From Eledone cirrhosa (Eukaryota): 64,000 nt of DNA. Location of the stretch: positions 135,780,001-135,844,000 of the forward strand of contig OZ024740.1 in NCBI GenBank assembly GCA_964016885.1. Direction: 5' to 3'. Under the pieces are notes generated by a model, which was not told the DNA's origin, did no database searches, and saw only the letters and a program-made list of their open reading frames with translations. Below are positions 1 to 13,920 of this stretch, piece after piece. A program made the translations under genes and the position numbers. The number at the start of each line of letters is the position of its first letter. Position 1 is the first letter of the stretch.

Positions 1-98
1 ATCCTCTATAAAGTACCAGTAAAATATTGGAGTCAATGTAACTGTCCTTTTCTTCTCTCCTCAAATTGCTAGTCTTGTGATTAAATTAGAAATTATTA

Positions 99-290
99 GG
101 GTGGTGGATTGGCAGTATCGGTAGAGGGTCGGACGCCATGCTTTGACACAGAGTTACGGGCCTTGCCATTCTGAGTTCAAATCCCGCCGAGGTTAACTTT
201 GCCTTTCATCCTTACGGGGTCGATAAAATAAAGTACCAGTAATACACTGGGGTAATTGCTGGCCTTGTGCCAAAAGTAGAAACAATTATT
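99..290 (+). mobile_element. tRNA-derived SINE, family A (~190 bp), full length
   Basis: A-box-like TGGCAGTATCGG and B-box GAGTTCAAATCC; body ending GGCCTTGTGCCAAAAGTAGAAACAATTA; near-identical copies at 2182, 4259, 19875, 60857 and 62263. Confidence 0.9.
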
Positions 291-304
291 ATCATTGAAT
301 GTAG

Positions 305-490
305 AACAGCAGATAAGCAGAGTTGTTGGAGCATCAGGCAAATGTTTAGCAGTATTTGCTCTGGTTCTTTATGTTGAGATCAAATCCTGCTGAGGTTAGG
401 TTTAAAGTATCAGTAATGCACTATGATCAATTTAATTAACTCCCTTTCCAGCAAAATTTCTGGCCTTGTGCTCAAAGTAGAAACAATTAT
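305..490 (+). mobile_element. Degenerate family-A-related SINE
   Basis: Degraded B-box (gagatcaaatcctgctgaggtta) and the same 3' end (tggccttgtgctcaaagtagaaacaattat); another tail fragment lies at 1-98. Confidence 0.7.
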
Positions 491-1516
491 CATCATCATA
501 AGATAGTAGCATTTCCAATGAAATTACATCATGTAATTTAACATAAACATTTGAACATGCATAATGACTGAGGAGCGAGTTATACATCTTTATTAATACA
601 AAACTAATAATAAATAATGACGAAAAATTGATGGCCCTACACTCACATTTTGTATATATGTAAATAAATTAAGAAAAATAAGAATACATTAGATGTCTAA
701 CCCATGCTAGTGTGGAAAATGGATGTTAAACAATGATGTTGATGATGATCTCAAGTAAAAAAATATTCAAAATTATAATTCACTATATAGTAAAAGTAGC
801 ATTTTAAAGATACCCCAGTCAATCTCCGGAATTTGGAATAATTAATGTAGTGTATGTTTAAAAATTAAGTTTAAGGATCAGGTTTATATATTTGTTTATT
901 TTATATAATAAATAAAATTCTCTATTACTCAATTTTAATACCTATATTCATAAATTAAATTCTATTCATTGAATTTTATAAGCAGGGAAAACAAAATCAA
1001 TGAGAAATTTATGTATTAAGTTTGTATATAATTTCATATCATTTCATCTCATATCATACTACAAAGTGGAAGCTTAAACATTTATTTACATAAATTATAT
1101 TAGATCTATCTTCTCTCTTGCTCAGGTATCAGATATAGTGTGCAACAGAGAAGACTCTTCTGGTATGGGCATGTGATGTGTATAGATGATGATTGTTGGC
1201 TGAATAAGTGCCAAGAGATCAAGTAATTAGAAAAAGAAAGAAGAAAATGGTGAGAAAAGACAAGCATATGAAAATAATAAGTTCCACACACAGGAATAGT
1301 TTTTTAAACTAAACTAAAAGTACTTAGTGATTCTTTCATTACTACTTCAGCAGGTACAGTGTAGGCTAGTTTTCACTGTAAAGGTCAGAACAAGACTGAA
1401 ATATGTCTGAGGTTGTCTCTCATACATGATGGAAAAAAAAAAAAATAATATAAGCTATTGACTATTATTGTTTTGTATTTTTTCTCCTTTTCTGGGCAGG
1501 GTTCTAAAACCATGAT

Positions 1517-1743
1517 TTAACCCTTTTAATACCAACTTGTCTAAAATGGCCCTTGACTCTACAATACTGAGTCATTTGTTTTAATGTGTTTATATTTATC
1601 TAAAACCTTCCATTATAATTTTATGTAAGAACCTTCAAGTTATGTTCTAACCCCAGGTTAATAATGAGAAACTTAGTTATATTACTAAATTATTTTAAAT
1701 GTAATTTGAAAATATATAAGAAATATGGTAATGAAAGGATTAA
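1517..1743 (+). mobile_element. piggyBac-like MITE, family P1 (degenerate)
   Basis: Starts TTAA-CCCTTTT and ends AAAGGA-TTAA; internal sequence is similar to 2028-2491, 35760-36000(-), 48485-48720 and 61555-61786(-). Confidence 0.65.
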
Positions 1744-2027
1744 ATATGTTAAAACCAACTTACCAAAATGATCTACAAGTCTAGGAGAATGTTATTTTAA
1801 ATGAGAAACTGTGTTGTATAGAACAAAAGAATACATGATAAAAATCTGAAACTACTATATAAGTCTCTGAATTTCCCCTACCCCCTAAGTAATTAGCATG
1901 CAATATGAGAAACTACACCCAATCTGCTGCAGATATATTGTTGAGTGCCTGGGTAGGGCTCTTAACTCTAAATGCTTATGGTTTGCCTCACTGTCAGAAA
2001 TAAATACCAGTTTCTGAGAACATTCCT

Positions 2028-2491
2028 AACCCATTTACTGCCAAAATGCTTGAAACTGCCCCCCAGTTCTACAATGCAAAACTATTTCTTTTAAAGTGTT
2101 TATATTTAAATAAAAAATTTTCCATTATAAATTCATGTAAGAACTTTTGTTAAGTAATGTTCCAAAAGCCAGCTTAATAATTATTTCTATTTTTGGTACA
2201 AGGCCAGCAATTACTCCAGTGCATTACTGGTGCTTTATTTTATCGACCCCGTAAGGATGAAAGGCAAAGTTAACTTCAGCGGGATTTGAAATCAGAACGT
2301 AAAGGGCCATAACTCCATGCTGCAAGGCATGGTGTCTGACGCTCTAACGATGTTGCCAATCCACCACAAGCCAGCTTAATAATAAAAGAAAGTTATTTTA
2401 GTAAATCATCTCAAATTCTTGATTATTTTAAACATTATTTGGAAATCATAAACTGTGTCTTTTATAAGAAATATTGAAAAGAAGAGGTTAA
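2028..2491 (+). mobile_element. piggyBac-like MITE P1 interrupted by a SINE
   Basis: TAACCC...GAGGTTAA ends; P1 body is split by the family A SINE. Confidence 0.65.
2182..2367 (-). mobile_element. SINE family A with 16-bp TSD
   Basis: Reverse copy of 99-290; TSD AAGCCAGCTTAATAAT at 2166-2181 and 2368-2383. Confidence 0.92.
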
Positions 2492-3099
2492 ACCTCATTA
2501 ATAATTTGAGAAGTTAACAGAAAATCACTGCAGTATATCTTATTCTAGAAAGTCCTACAGATGTTTTATACAAAGGATTGTCAAATGTCATGTTTGACTC
2601 AATGGCATGCATTCAGTATTACTTTAAAGCAAAGAAGCTGCTGGTTATAACAAACAATTATGTTACACAAACATTTGAATAAACAACATGGAGTTAAAGA
2701 AACCTAACAGGACTCTTAAAGAGTTGATAACTTAGATATTCTTTTCTTGCATTTTTGTACTGGTTTCAGATTCTTTATTGTAGCCATGCCAAAGGGAAGG
2801 GGTGAAATATACCTTAGCAGATCAAATAACATGTGAAGTTAAGAAACACCCACAGCACAAAAACAATCTCTCAACCGACAATGAAATTTCAATAACAAAT
2901 ATCATGTTTCAAACATATTTTCTTACAGAAAAGGAGAGCATATTAATGAAAAAAAACCCCTCATTTAAGTGTAATTAAAGCTCAACATATTCGTTTAGTA
3001 AACCATAGGTATGTGGTTCAATCCCTGTCAGTGGGTTCGTTGTTACTGTTTGATCCTAATTTATTGTTCATGTATGAGTTTCATTTGGGAGGTAAGACT

Positions 3100-3285
3100 T
3101 AACTCTTTGCCTGATTTAACACCACCACCAGGCCCTTAGGTGCTTCCAATAGACTCCACTCTATTGCAAGTATTTGGATGAAGTCTCTAGTTTTGACATA
3201 TCTTCCCGCCTCTAACTGTTTCTGAGGGCCTGAAAAGAATCATAAGCACTACTTTTCTCTCTGTGACTAAACAGTAAACAAATTT
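3100..3285 (+). repeat. Interspersed repeat (SINE-like family D)
   Basis: caccacca...ttaggtgct...tgactaaa(c/t)agtaaa is shared with 15240-15430; a possible degraded tRNA head (ggttcaatccc) lies near 3015. Confidence 0.55.
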
Positions 3286-4069
3286 ATTCATCAGTTTTTC
3301 CATGCCTTTTCTTGTTTGAATGAGTTATTTTGAGGTAGTTTTTCAATGGCCAAATAAATGCCCTTCCTGAAACCAACCTATACTTTATTTTAATTATGGT
3401 ATATACAGCTGGTGTTCATTGAACTGCTACACCATGGAACATACTATTTATGGGGGACAGAAACTAATGTAACAAATCGCTTTGCTAACGGTTATAAAGA
3501 TATTCAAGGTGACTGGTAAACACACACATGATAGGCTCCATTACAGTTTTCATTTACGAATTCACACACAAAGTAGTGGTTGACCTGAGGCTACAATAAA
3601 AGGCACTTGTCCAAAGTGCCACACAATGGGACTAAACCTGAAACCATGTTTTTAAGCAAACTTTTTAAACAAGTAATCATGCCTGCACTTATATGGAACA
3701 AGGGTGTTATTGTTTCAAATTCTGTTACTCCTCAATAATATATCATGGTTTTCAGTGACAGATTAATTGAGATTGGAGGTGACTAATTGAGCTTTAACCA
3801 GTGTCCCCACAATATTTAAAAAGCTCCTAATTAATTTATTTGCTACCATAAATATATTCAGTTTCCAGCTGTGCAAGTTTAATCCACCCTTGATAATGAA
3901 GCAAAACATTGCTGTTTGTAATAAACCTAAGATCATCATCATCATCATATAAAGGAATGTACTGAATCTGGCTATCAATGAGCATTGACTTGTGTAGCAA
4001 CTATGTATTTAGCATACTGATGAAGAAATCAAAGGGTTTATTTAGAGAAGTGAAAAGATCAATACTGTA

Positions 4070-4459
4070 TTAACCCTTTAGTATTTAAACCATATCCGGC
4101 CAGAATTCTCTCACCTCTTTCTGTTCAAACCGGCAGTAACCAGTCACTCATACTGATGTTGAGGTATTGTTCTCAAAATAAATAATATCAAAATCTCATA
4201 GATTCAATATTATGTGAGATAAAGCCTTTACTGTGAAAATACAATAGTGAATATAGAATAATTGTTTCTACTTTTGGCACAAGGCCAGCAATTACCCAGT
4301 ATATTACTGGTACTTTATTTTATTGACCCTGTAAGGATGAAAGGCAAAGTTAACCTCGGCGGGATTTGAACTCAGAATGGAAAGGGCCGTAACTCTTTGC
4401 ATCAAAGCATGGCGTCCGACCCTCTACCGATACTGCCAATGTTAATGCTAAAAGGTCAA
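4070..4459 (+). mobile_element. piggyBac-like MITE, family P2, interrupted by a SINE
   Basis: TTAA-CCCTTTAGTATT ... AATGCTAAAAGG-TCAA; body matches 58214-58430. Confidence 0.8.
4259..4440 (-). mobile_element. SINE family A
   Basis: Reverse copy of 99-290, slightly 5'-truncated. Confidence 0.9.
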
Positions 4460-4665
4460 GTACTGTGTATTTCTCAATCTGCTAGAAATAGCAACTATAT
4501 CTCCTCTAAATTACATCCTACTGGGATGAAAATAATACAAAGAATACATTGGCTAGAAATTACCCTAAATACATTCTATTTGACTTAAAAGATGGGATTG
4601 TTATGGCTAGACAGTCTTTGATCATAAGTATGCTGGATCAGAGCTCATCAGGCAACAATAACAAC
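4460..4665 (+). repeat. Interspersed SINE-like family E with (CAA)n-like tail
   Basis: ctgctagaaatagca...ctttgatcataag...aacaataacaac; related degenerate copies near 16300-16440(-), 20140-20240(-), 49890-50075, 55140-55290(-), 56020-56140(-) and 57840-58060(-). Confidence 0.55.
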
Positions 4666-4772
4666 ATATTTCTGGGATTAGCTAAGTGTTAATTATATCA
4701 CATCACAGGATACAAATAACTGAGCAAGGAGAAAAATAGGTTTTAAAAACATACAATTTAGTTTCAATAATT

Positions 4773-4900
4773 AGGTGTGAGGCTTAGTGGTTAGAGAGTT
4801 GAACTTGCAATTGTGAGGTTACGAGTTCAATTCTCAGACTGAGCGATGCGTTGTGTCCTTGAGCAAGACACTTTATTTCCTGTTGCTCTTTCTTGCAACT
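4773..4900 (+). mobile_element. tRNA-derived SINE family B, 5' part
   Basis: GGCTTAGTGG A-box and GAGTTCAATTCT B-box, then ccttgagcaagacactttatttc (CORE/Meta-like central domain); matches 41600-41735(-). Confidence 0.8.
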
Positions 4901-5799
4901 GGTAGATAGTATCAGCAATGGAAAGACCAATGGAAACATTGTTTCCTTGGTCCAATTTGATGAGGTCCACCCCACTCGGCAAGCGAATGAGGTTTGGGAT
5001 CTTGTCAATCGATCAGAGTTAGATAATAAATTTGAAGGTGTTGGAGTCACAAGAATGCTATAGTAGTGAGCCTTTCAATATTTTATTCCTTCACATTCTG
5101 TATTTCAATCTCATTATTGTTAACTGCTTTTTATAGCAATGCATTTGATAAAATATTCAAATATTAGAGTTTATTCAATCAACTATATCACTCACCTAGT
5201 GCTGATTTAATAATTTTTTTTTTGTAGTAATCATAAAACCATTCATAGAAGTCACTATATGAAAATACAAATCTCTAAATTAATCAATAAAAAAAAATCA
5301 AATATACATTAACAAGCTGTTTTGAAAGTATAGGCTATTCTTAACTTGTATTGTAGTATTGTATCTGGTCATCCATAAACAAACCAGTTATATATAATTT
5401 ATGTTATATCAGAATAAACACAAATATTAATAAATGCAATACCACTATTATTGTGACATAATTAGTAAGTTTATGATGAAATATAAATCAAATGTATGAT
5501 TAATATAACATTTTAAACATTAATCCATACAGTTACTTTGAGTGTTAAAAATAGATCTATATTAAGTTTAAGAAAATGTCTATTTTAAATATTTCTGTAA
5601 TAATAATGTAAAAATTCATAAGAGAAATATCAAGAGAATAGATATAAGATGTAGTTAGTGACATTACTACAAGAAGGTTTAGGGAGAAATAAACAGGAGT
5701 TAATGTCAATATATACCAGTGAGAAAAATGTCAAATGTTATAAATTTAGCTAGCATTTTCTGAGGCTAAGATTCAGTATTTTGAGATTGGCTCTAATCA

Positions 5800-6190
5800 T
5801 TTATGCTTAGGCTTTCCTTGGTCTTCTACAGCAGCTTCCTTCTACTAACATCTCCAGGCACTTCTTCACCCAACAATTATCATCCATACACATCACATGT
5901 CCATACCAGTGTAGTCTTCACTCATGTGCACTGCATCTTATTCCTCTTATATCTAGCTTTTCTCTCAGTTCATTCTCCCATCATTCATACACACTAACAT
6001 TACACATCCAATGGAGCATGTTACTTTATTTCTCTTCAACCTCTGCATTTACTACCCATGTCTCACTGTCATGCAACTTAACACTTCTCATGCAGACATA
6101 CTATCTAATCTACTCTTTGCTCAGAGAGAAAAATCCTTTGTTGTCAACTTACGTAGTAGCTCCCTGAACATTTTTCCAACCTGTTCTTAT
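5800..6190 (-). mobile_element. Degenerate RTE LINE ORF 3' fragment
   Basis: Reverse strand encodes RTE-like LHWYGHVM...KC...GRPR remnants with stops; similar fragments at 1100-1270(+) and 19640-19850(+). Confidence 0.75.
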
Positions 6191-7116
6191 TCTCTCCATT
6201 TTTTTAAAGACAAATTTGTAAAAAAAAAATTTGTAAGATATTAAGCAACGTTTATTGAAGTCTTACAAAGTCACACAATCTGCTAAAAATGGCAGCAAAA
6301 TCTGTATCATGTTACACATCATCATGACCATTTTACATTTATTTTCTATACTTGCATTGTTACTTTCTGAGGCTAAACAGATTAGATGACTATGTCTTGC
6401 TCATATGTTTCTATGACTGGATGCCCTTCCTAATGCCTACCATTTCATGACATATACTGAGTTCATTTTATCATGACACCAACATTACTACTTAACAGAG
6501 TGGACTGGGTGTTTTTTATCATGGCACCAGCACTTCCACTTTCCACTGTGGGGTGAGTGTGTGTATTTAGAACCAGGATAACCACATTTCAACACTGGAG
6601 CACTTGTATCTTTGGCCAGGCTGGGGAAACAATGACAGGAACTGGTGGGGTGAAAGTGTGGTATAGGCTACATGTTGCTAGCTGATAGAGAGAGGGGTGG
6701 CCTTAAGGGAAGTAAGTGACATGTGACAGTATTGTGTGGTGCATCCAGCTTTTCATTCTGTCGTTATTGAACAATGTGGGGCAGAATTCATTGAAAAATT
6801 TGGTGATGCGAGTTGTGGGTGATGTGGAGTAGGTGTTGGGTTATGGGAGAGGGAGAGAGATCAAACAACATCTGGTAATACAAAGGAAGTGCATCCGTTT
6901 TTCCTTACTGGCATAGATAGAGGTGGAGGAGTCAACCTCCCCACAAAAACAGGATAGTCATAACTGGAATGTATGTAAACATTTGTCTGCTTGATGAAGA
7001 TTAAACTGGAGCTAAACAACAATAACAACTTATTTTAGGAGCTCTACTATTTTGACTGGAGTATAAATGGTGCCAAAACTATTCTTCACTAGCCTCCTCC
7101 AGCTACGAATTTATGA

Positions 7117-7327
7117 TTAACCCTTTAGCCTTTAAACCGGCTGTATCCGGCCAGAATTCTCACACCCGTTTCTGTTCAAACCGGCTGCTCATACTGATGT
7201 TAAGGTATTGTTCTGAAAATACCTAACATCAAAATCACAGATTCAATATTATGTAAGATGATTATGTGAGGTAAAGCCTGTGAAAATACAATAGCATATA
7301 TAGAGTAATGTAAATGCTAACATGTAA
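7117..7327 (+). mobile_element. piggyBac-like MITE P2
   Basis: TTAA-CCCTTTAGC start; body matches 58214-58430; 3' TIR degraded. Confidence 0.8.
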
Positions 7328-10036
7328 GAACAACTAAAAATTTTATGCATCTAATTACCAGCCTACAAATAATATGGATATAATTAATTCTTTGGTATGT
7401 TTGCTATCTGTAATAAATTTTATATTAGTACATATTTTAACAGAGATATCAATTTTATTTTTATTGTTTATAGAAAAAAAAGCCATCTGTTTATAGCATA
7501 AATTAATTTTGTCTGCCAACCACAACAAGTCTAGTCATAAACAGTGTATCACTGATCACTCAACTGACATTGAGTAAGATGGGAATTTACATAATATATC
7601 TAAAGGAATCCTTGGTTGGTTGTTATACATAGCACGAGTACCTCAATCTGTTGTGTCTGTGTGCTATGTACTTAATGATCTAAAATTGTTTAATGTAAGC
7701 TTATCTGAAATGTTGCCACACCTATTTTAGATAAACAGCCGAACACAATATTCAGTTCCTGTTATTTATTTTACTATTTTACATGCCAAACAAAACCTCT
7801 TTCCTGTTATTATTGTAATAAAACATATGTCCACTTCAGCCAAGTTAAACTTGAATCTGTAATGAAACTTAATGTATAGTTTTTTAGGATATTCAATTTA
7901 ATCATTCATGATTCAAGCAGTAAGTATAGCTGACTAAAGAAGACTAATCAACACTTGGTTTCTTAACTCATTCTCCACTAAATGTATTCTTGGTGTTAAA
8001 TCTGAACATTTCCACCTCTTCTTTAACCTAGCATATCATGTGTTGATCACAGATTAGTTTTATGTCAGAAACTCAGTGAATGGTATAACATTGTAGCAGA
8101 AATGGCAAGAAACCCTTTTTTATGGGAGAGAAAAAACCTAAGACATCTGTATGGATTATAGAAACAGTGATTTAAGGCAGAGAATCAAACCTGGGTCACA
8201 GATTCAGCTTTCTAAAACCCTCTGTGTACTTGGAAGAGCTCACTACTTATAATAGAGGTTGGTATTCGATATGTGTCCATTTAGTTTCTTTTGACAAACT
8301 GTATTATACTAGATATAGCATCAAGATTTACTATTTTATAGTATCTATTTACAGTGAGGCAGGACACTCCAGTGTAATTTTGCAATGTTAAGAAAAGATG
8401 GAGAACAGCATCAATGGCATTATAGTCTGTTAGCCCATTAGTGGCTGCAGTAAAGATTCATTAGCTGTTCATTCTCTGAATAATTATAAATCTGTAATGT
8501 CTAAGTATGAAGACCATATCTTTGAAATCCTTAACTCTGGGGCAACCAGAAATAACAAGGTATAAAAACTGCCTGACAATATTCTAGATGCAAAGTGCTC
8601 ATCAGCTCAAGAGGGCAGCTGCAAAAAGGCCTGAAAGCTCGCTTTGCTATAGATGATCACAATTACTCTCTCTTGCCAAGAATGTAAACAGGTGCCATAC
8701 CTCAGGACGTTAAAGTCAAAAACAAAGAAAAAAACTCAATCCAAATAAACAAGAAAGCCTGAGGTTAGATAGAATGAAAGAATAGAAAATAATAAAAAAT
8801 CCAATTCGGTCAACTGTTCCCTTCTGGTATTTTGTAGCTGAAACTGGTTTGTATTCAACAACAAGGCTGTAAGTGAACAGTTCAAACACTATTCAACACA
8901 CATTTTACAGTGTTCTCAAGATTTCTTGTTATGGCATAAACTTTAAAAAAAAAACACACACACAAAATGGAGAGCAAAAAAATGATAATAAATCTACATA
9001 CACCATTCAAAATACCATTAACCTCATCAAAGCTTTAAATTCCATTCCCAACAAGCCATTTTGAACAAAATATTACACATATTCTTGAAAAAAACATTCT
9101 CCAAGCCTGCATTGAGTACATTAACAATTCCAGAATCTGAAATTTCCCCAAATGGAGTACAATAGTGATTATTGTCCTCACCCATACCTTTTAACTTTTA
9201 CCTCCATGGCCTTCCCACACCCAACTAAGCATACATTTTTATATACAAGCGACATTAACCCCGCAACATTATCCCCACCTCATTCTTCATAGCTGCACAA
9301 CTACAAAGCCAATGCTACATGAACTACTGAGAAAACTAGTTCCAAATATGTATTTGTTTTGCAAGGTTTTTGATATGAAATCATGTGTTGAAACATAAGA
9401 AAACATTAAAAGAATACAATGGGAGGAAACATAGAAATATCACTGATGATGTCACAATTGTGTGATGAAAGAACTGTGAAACTATATTATATTTATATAT
9501 TTAACTGTTGGTCAATCAATGATAAACATTAATTGCCAGCTGAATTAATTATAGAAATATAAAAAAATATATTGAAACAAAAACCAATCCAAACCAAACA
9601 ATGAGTGTGTTTTACTATATTTTTCTGGCAATATTAAAATAACATGACCCTCCCCAAATATAACAATAATTCTAAAATAATTGGGCATAAAGTAGTGCTT
9701 AGCAGACCCACCATCTTCCTTCTGCCTGGTAACATGAAATAAAATATATAATAATTCCCTGCAACCACTAAATCTCTAAACAATTTTGCTGCATTGTGGA
9801 GATATCCATATTTTTTCTATTCATCGTTTAAGAAATCCCCTTATCACTAGTTTGTAAAGTAATCTAACAGTTTTGTAAATTTAAATTTATCCTTATTCTC
9901 TGAATAAAATTGAAATTTAATTGTTATTTGTAATTAGTCTAATTGGGTAACTTCAAATAATTATCATTGCCAGTTGAATAGTTATTTTCAATCAACAAGT
10001 TTCAGGTTTAAAGAAAATTGTTTTAATAGGAAACAT

Positions 10037-10246
10037 AATGGTTTCTGATTTAGACACAAGGCCAACAATTTTTGAGGAAGGGGAAAGTTGATTAAATCGA
10101 CCCCAGTGTGTTACTGGTACTTTATTTTATCAACCCTGTAAGGATGAAAGGCAAAGTTAATCTTAGCAGGATTTGAACTCAAAACCTAAAGGGATGTAAC
10201 CATATGACACAAAGCATGTTGCCAGATGCTCTACTGATATTGTCAA
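10037..10246 (-). mobile_element. Older family-A-related SINE with 9-bp TSD
   Basis: Reverse B-box (ggatttgaactc) and a longer 3' region; TSD AGGAAACAT at 10028-10036 and 10247-10255. Confidence 0.8.
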
Positions 10247-11650
10247 AGGAAACATTATAAAAGGAAAATATAATAATTTATTATTCATAATAGTTCATAA
10301 CTAGCTTATTATTGTTGACATTAAAACAAACATAATTATTCCATGCTGGCAGAAGTAGGACAAGTCATTACAGACTAAGTCAATACTTAAAGCTCCTGTC
10401 CTCGACAGGTTAAGGGACCACATTTCACATACATTCCAGTTTTTGCATGGTTTTTATAGCTTGATGTTCTTCCTAACGCTAACCATTTTACAGAATGTAC
10501 TAGGTGCATTTTTATCATGGCATGCGCACTAAAGAGTTGGTCATGTCTTTAACGTGACTGAAAAGTTCTTTCAAGCCCCAATGGGGGTGGGCATGGCTTT
10601 TATAAATTACCTTCCTAATGCCAACAACTTTATAGATTATACCAGGTATATTTTATCATAGTACCAGCACTAGAGAGATTATCAGGCCCTTGACTAAATA
10701 TTCCTCCCAATCCTATGTTGTAATCTGCCAAATGCTAATCACTTGTTCCAAGGCAAACATGATTGAAAGAGAGGAGCAGAAATGCATGATGACTGTGGTG
10801 GAGGGGAGACAGAGTGATGTGATGGTATAGGAGGTAGTAATAGAGGAGAGAGAGAGAGTAGAGATTACATGATTGGATGTTATTAACAATACTATTAAAC
10901 TTAAATCACATTTCTCACACTTCCAGTATCAATGGCAAATGGTGAGCATAGTTTCAATTGAAAATATCCAGACATCAACACTTGACCTAGTTGAATAGAT
11001 GACAAAATTTGCAAGAGAAAGAGTATGTAAAATGTGAGATTTTGATGTGTCTGAAATTAAATATTTAACTGTCTATTTTTCTGTCTGACCATAAGCGGTT
11101 TTTTTTTTGTACATATTCTTGTGGTTCGTGGTTAGGACATTGGGCTCATGATCCTGGGTTTGATTCCTGGACTGGGTAGAGCATGGTGTTCTTAAACAAA
11201 ACACTTCATTTCACATTTCACTGGTCCAGCGGGTTGGGGTTAAATGTGTGATGAAATGGTGTATCACTGGGGGTGGGGAAGTCTTGTACTTACAGTCCCT
11301 TAACGTCAATGGAACAGGAATAAGCTTCAGTCAAAAGACAGGCTTTCAAAATTGATGGAGGATCCATCACCCTAATTCATTAATCTTGTTTTTAAATTTT
11401 CTTTCAGGCATTTAACATGACTTCTACATATTTATGGAACCTTAGTTAACTTACTAGTAAAATGGACACACCTTTGAATGTTTTGTAAGTGCTTCAATAG
11501 CTCAATTTTGAATTTCAGTTCAGCTGAAAGTTTGATATCATTTTTTTGTTTGTTTTATAGAAACAAGGTCAGAATCGATTTTGTACTTCAAACATATCCA
11601 AATTACTGGAGTTATTCTTTTTTTTTTTTTAGAGATGGATGCCCTTTCTA

Positions 11651-12543
11651 TTAGGTTGGACAGAAAGTTCTCACCATTTTTCAGATTTTTATTGCATTTG
11701 ATGTTTTTTAACATTATGAAAATTTTACAAGTCAAAATAATCATCATTTATGATTACTATCTGTCTATTAGCTCTTAGGAAGGCACACAATTCCATCCCT
11801 GTAGAATTCTTCTGGCTTCGAAACAAAGAATTCCGTCAGCCACTGATTTAACTGGTCTTCATTGGCGAAGGTCAATCAACCCATGATCATTTGTGCTTGA
11901 CATTGATGTAGAGACACCATTTATCATCACCAGTGACAATGGAACATAACCAGTTTGTTGTGCGATGGTAGAAGGGCAGAGAAGTTACAGGTGCTGCCCG
12001 ATATTCATGATTACAGTCAGTCAGATTGTGGGACAGTCAATGGTCCAGCTTGGACACCTTCCCTATTGTGTGCAAGTAATTAAGAATGGTTATTTTTCAT
12101 GCCACAAGTATTTCGGAGAGCTGACATGATGTCTGCCATGGGTCAGCTTCCATCAGCTCACGCAGTTGCTCATCATTGAAGTTGAGTGGATGTCTTGCAC
12201 GAGGTCAATCTTCAAGGCTGTAATCACTGGAGTGGAAGCATGCATACCAGTCTCTGGCACTGAGTTCAGAAATGGTGTGTGACCTAAATGTATTGTTAAT
12301 GTAACGACTCGATGCTGCTGTGTTTAGGCCAGATATGAAGTTATAAAGTAAATAACCACAAATAAACAATTTGGATAATCCATGTTGCTTCCCCTTTGAC
12401 AGTGTAAAAAGAAAATGGTAAATGCACATAGTACAAATCAATGTCGCTTCTTATATATGTGTACATGCAGAACCTTCAACACTTTCAGAAAACTAACAAA
12501 ATACTTCTTTTAGAAAAATGGTGGAACTTTCTATCCAACCAAA
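11651..12543 (-). mobile_element. Degenerate, internally deleted mariner transposon
   Basis: TIRs TTAGGTTGGACAGAAAGTTC / GAACTTTCTATCCAACCAAA with TA flanks; minus strand encodes mariner remnants YLLYNF..GLN....RYIN..F....SE.SARDWY..F.SSDYSLED*PR and IVTGDDKWCLY.N. Confidence 0.88.
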
Positions 12544-13689
12544 TACTACAAGCAACTCAGCCAAAGAGGAGTAGAATCTGTTGTTACCCAGGCAAACTGT
12601 AGTAAACAAAGTCATATGTCTTGCCTAGAGAAACAAATGGTTTGTAGAAAGCATTAAAATTATGACAAATATGGTGAAAGCTACTTCTTAATCTCATACC
12701 CAGTCAAGTTAATAAAATAAATTGGATATAAAATCCAAGCTTGAATCTATATGGTATGGAAAACATGCAAATTACCCTAAGTGCTCAAGTAGTTACTTTG
12801 TATGGTTACACAAAAAATGTTTAGTAGATCTACTACATGAAGAACACTTTAATGTTATAGCATTTACATTCAGGCTCAATATGATTTCTAGTAATACTAA
12901 AAAAGGAAGATAAAATAGTTTTAACTGTGAGACATTTAGTTGCTTCAAGCTAGGATGCCTGTGGGAGAGTAACATGTTGTGCAATAAATTGGGCATGCTG
13001 TTCTCAGTGACAAATGAGAAAGAGAAATATGATGGCATAAACAGTTACTAAATGAGAACTATGAATAGGAGAAGGAGAGTATACCACAAAATGAAAATAA
13101 TGTTTTAGACATACAAATTAGAGCAGAATTACTGCACAAAGCAATTAGAAAGATGAAATTCTAGCTGTATAGGTGTGGTGGCAGGACAATTTTAGAACTC
13201 ACAGGAATAAAAATAATCTAGTAATAATGATTTCTGACACTGGTAAAAAACCATACATTTGCAATGAAGGAGGTATATAATTATTTTAGTTGACCAAAAG
13301 TACTTCACTTCTGAGTTGATGGTGTTAAGTAGATTAACATAGTAGGTAATGTTTCCTAAAAGATTTGGTATTGTAGTAAACAGGGGTATATAGAATTAAT
13401 TAAGTGCCATGCATAAAAACACAATGAAATGATTACAATCTTCATAACTTCATAAGCAGTATTGCATCCATAACAAGCATCAGTGATTTATAACAAGTAT
13501 TTTAGCATTCAACTATACACCAATTGTTTATGAAATTTGTTTTATTTAGATAACATAATTATAAATAAAAGCAATTAACTGTTAACTATTACAGAAACAA
13601 TACAGTAGGAGAAAAATATGGGAAGAATTAAAAACTTTAATAGATATAGAAAACTAGTTACATTTATTTATTTAAGGGGCAGTGCCAAT

Positions 13690-13920
13690 GGCTTTCACAG
13701 TCTATCCATGACAATTGAGATCAATGCAGTTTATGTTCTGTTTAAACTACTGCAGGACTGCTCCTTTGCAAAAGACATGAATAAGGAGGGAGTTCCAAAC
13801 ATTATAGGAAGGAAGAACCGAGTGTAATGGTTAGTGTGGGGCCTGTGTGGTTGGGTACAACATATGTAATGAGAGTGAGTCAGAAGTGCCTGAGTGGAGG
13901 TGCTGCATGACTACATTGGA
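13690..13920 (-). mobile_element. CR1/L2-like LINE 3' fragment
   Basis: Reverse strand gives HTNHY..FFLP..VWNSL..HVF....LQ.FKQNINCIDL-type C-terminal remnants; related fragments at 36515-37100(+) and 59850-59990(-). Confidence 0.6.

Noticed and set aside
99-190. Possible tRNA genes in SINE heads
   Set aside because: A/B boxes are present, but there is no complete cloverleaf and they continue into dispersed SINE bodies with TSDs.
8340-8700. Possible transposase or tyrosine-recombinase remnant
   Set aside because: Stops in all frames and no diagnostic motif I can support.
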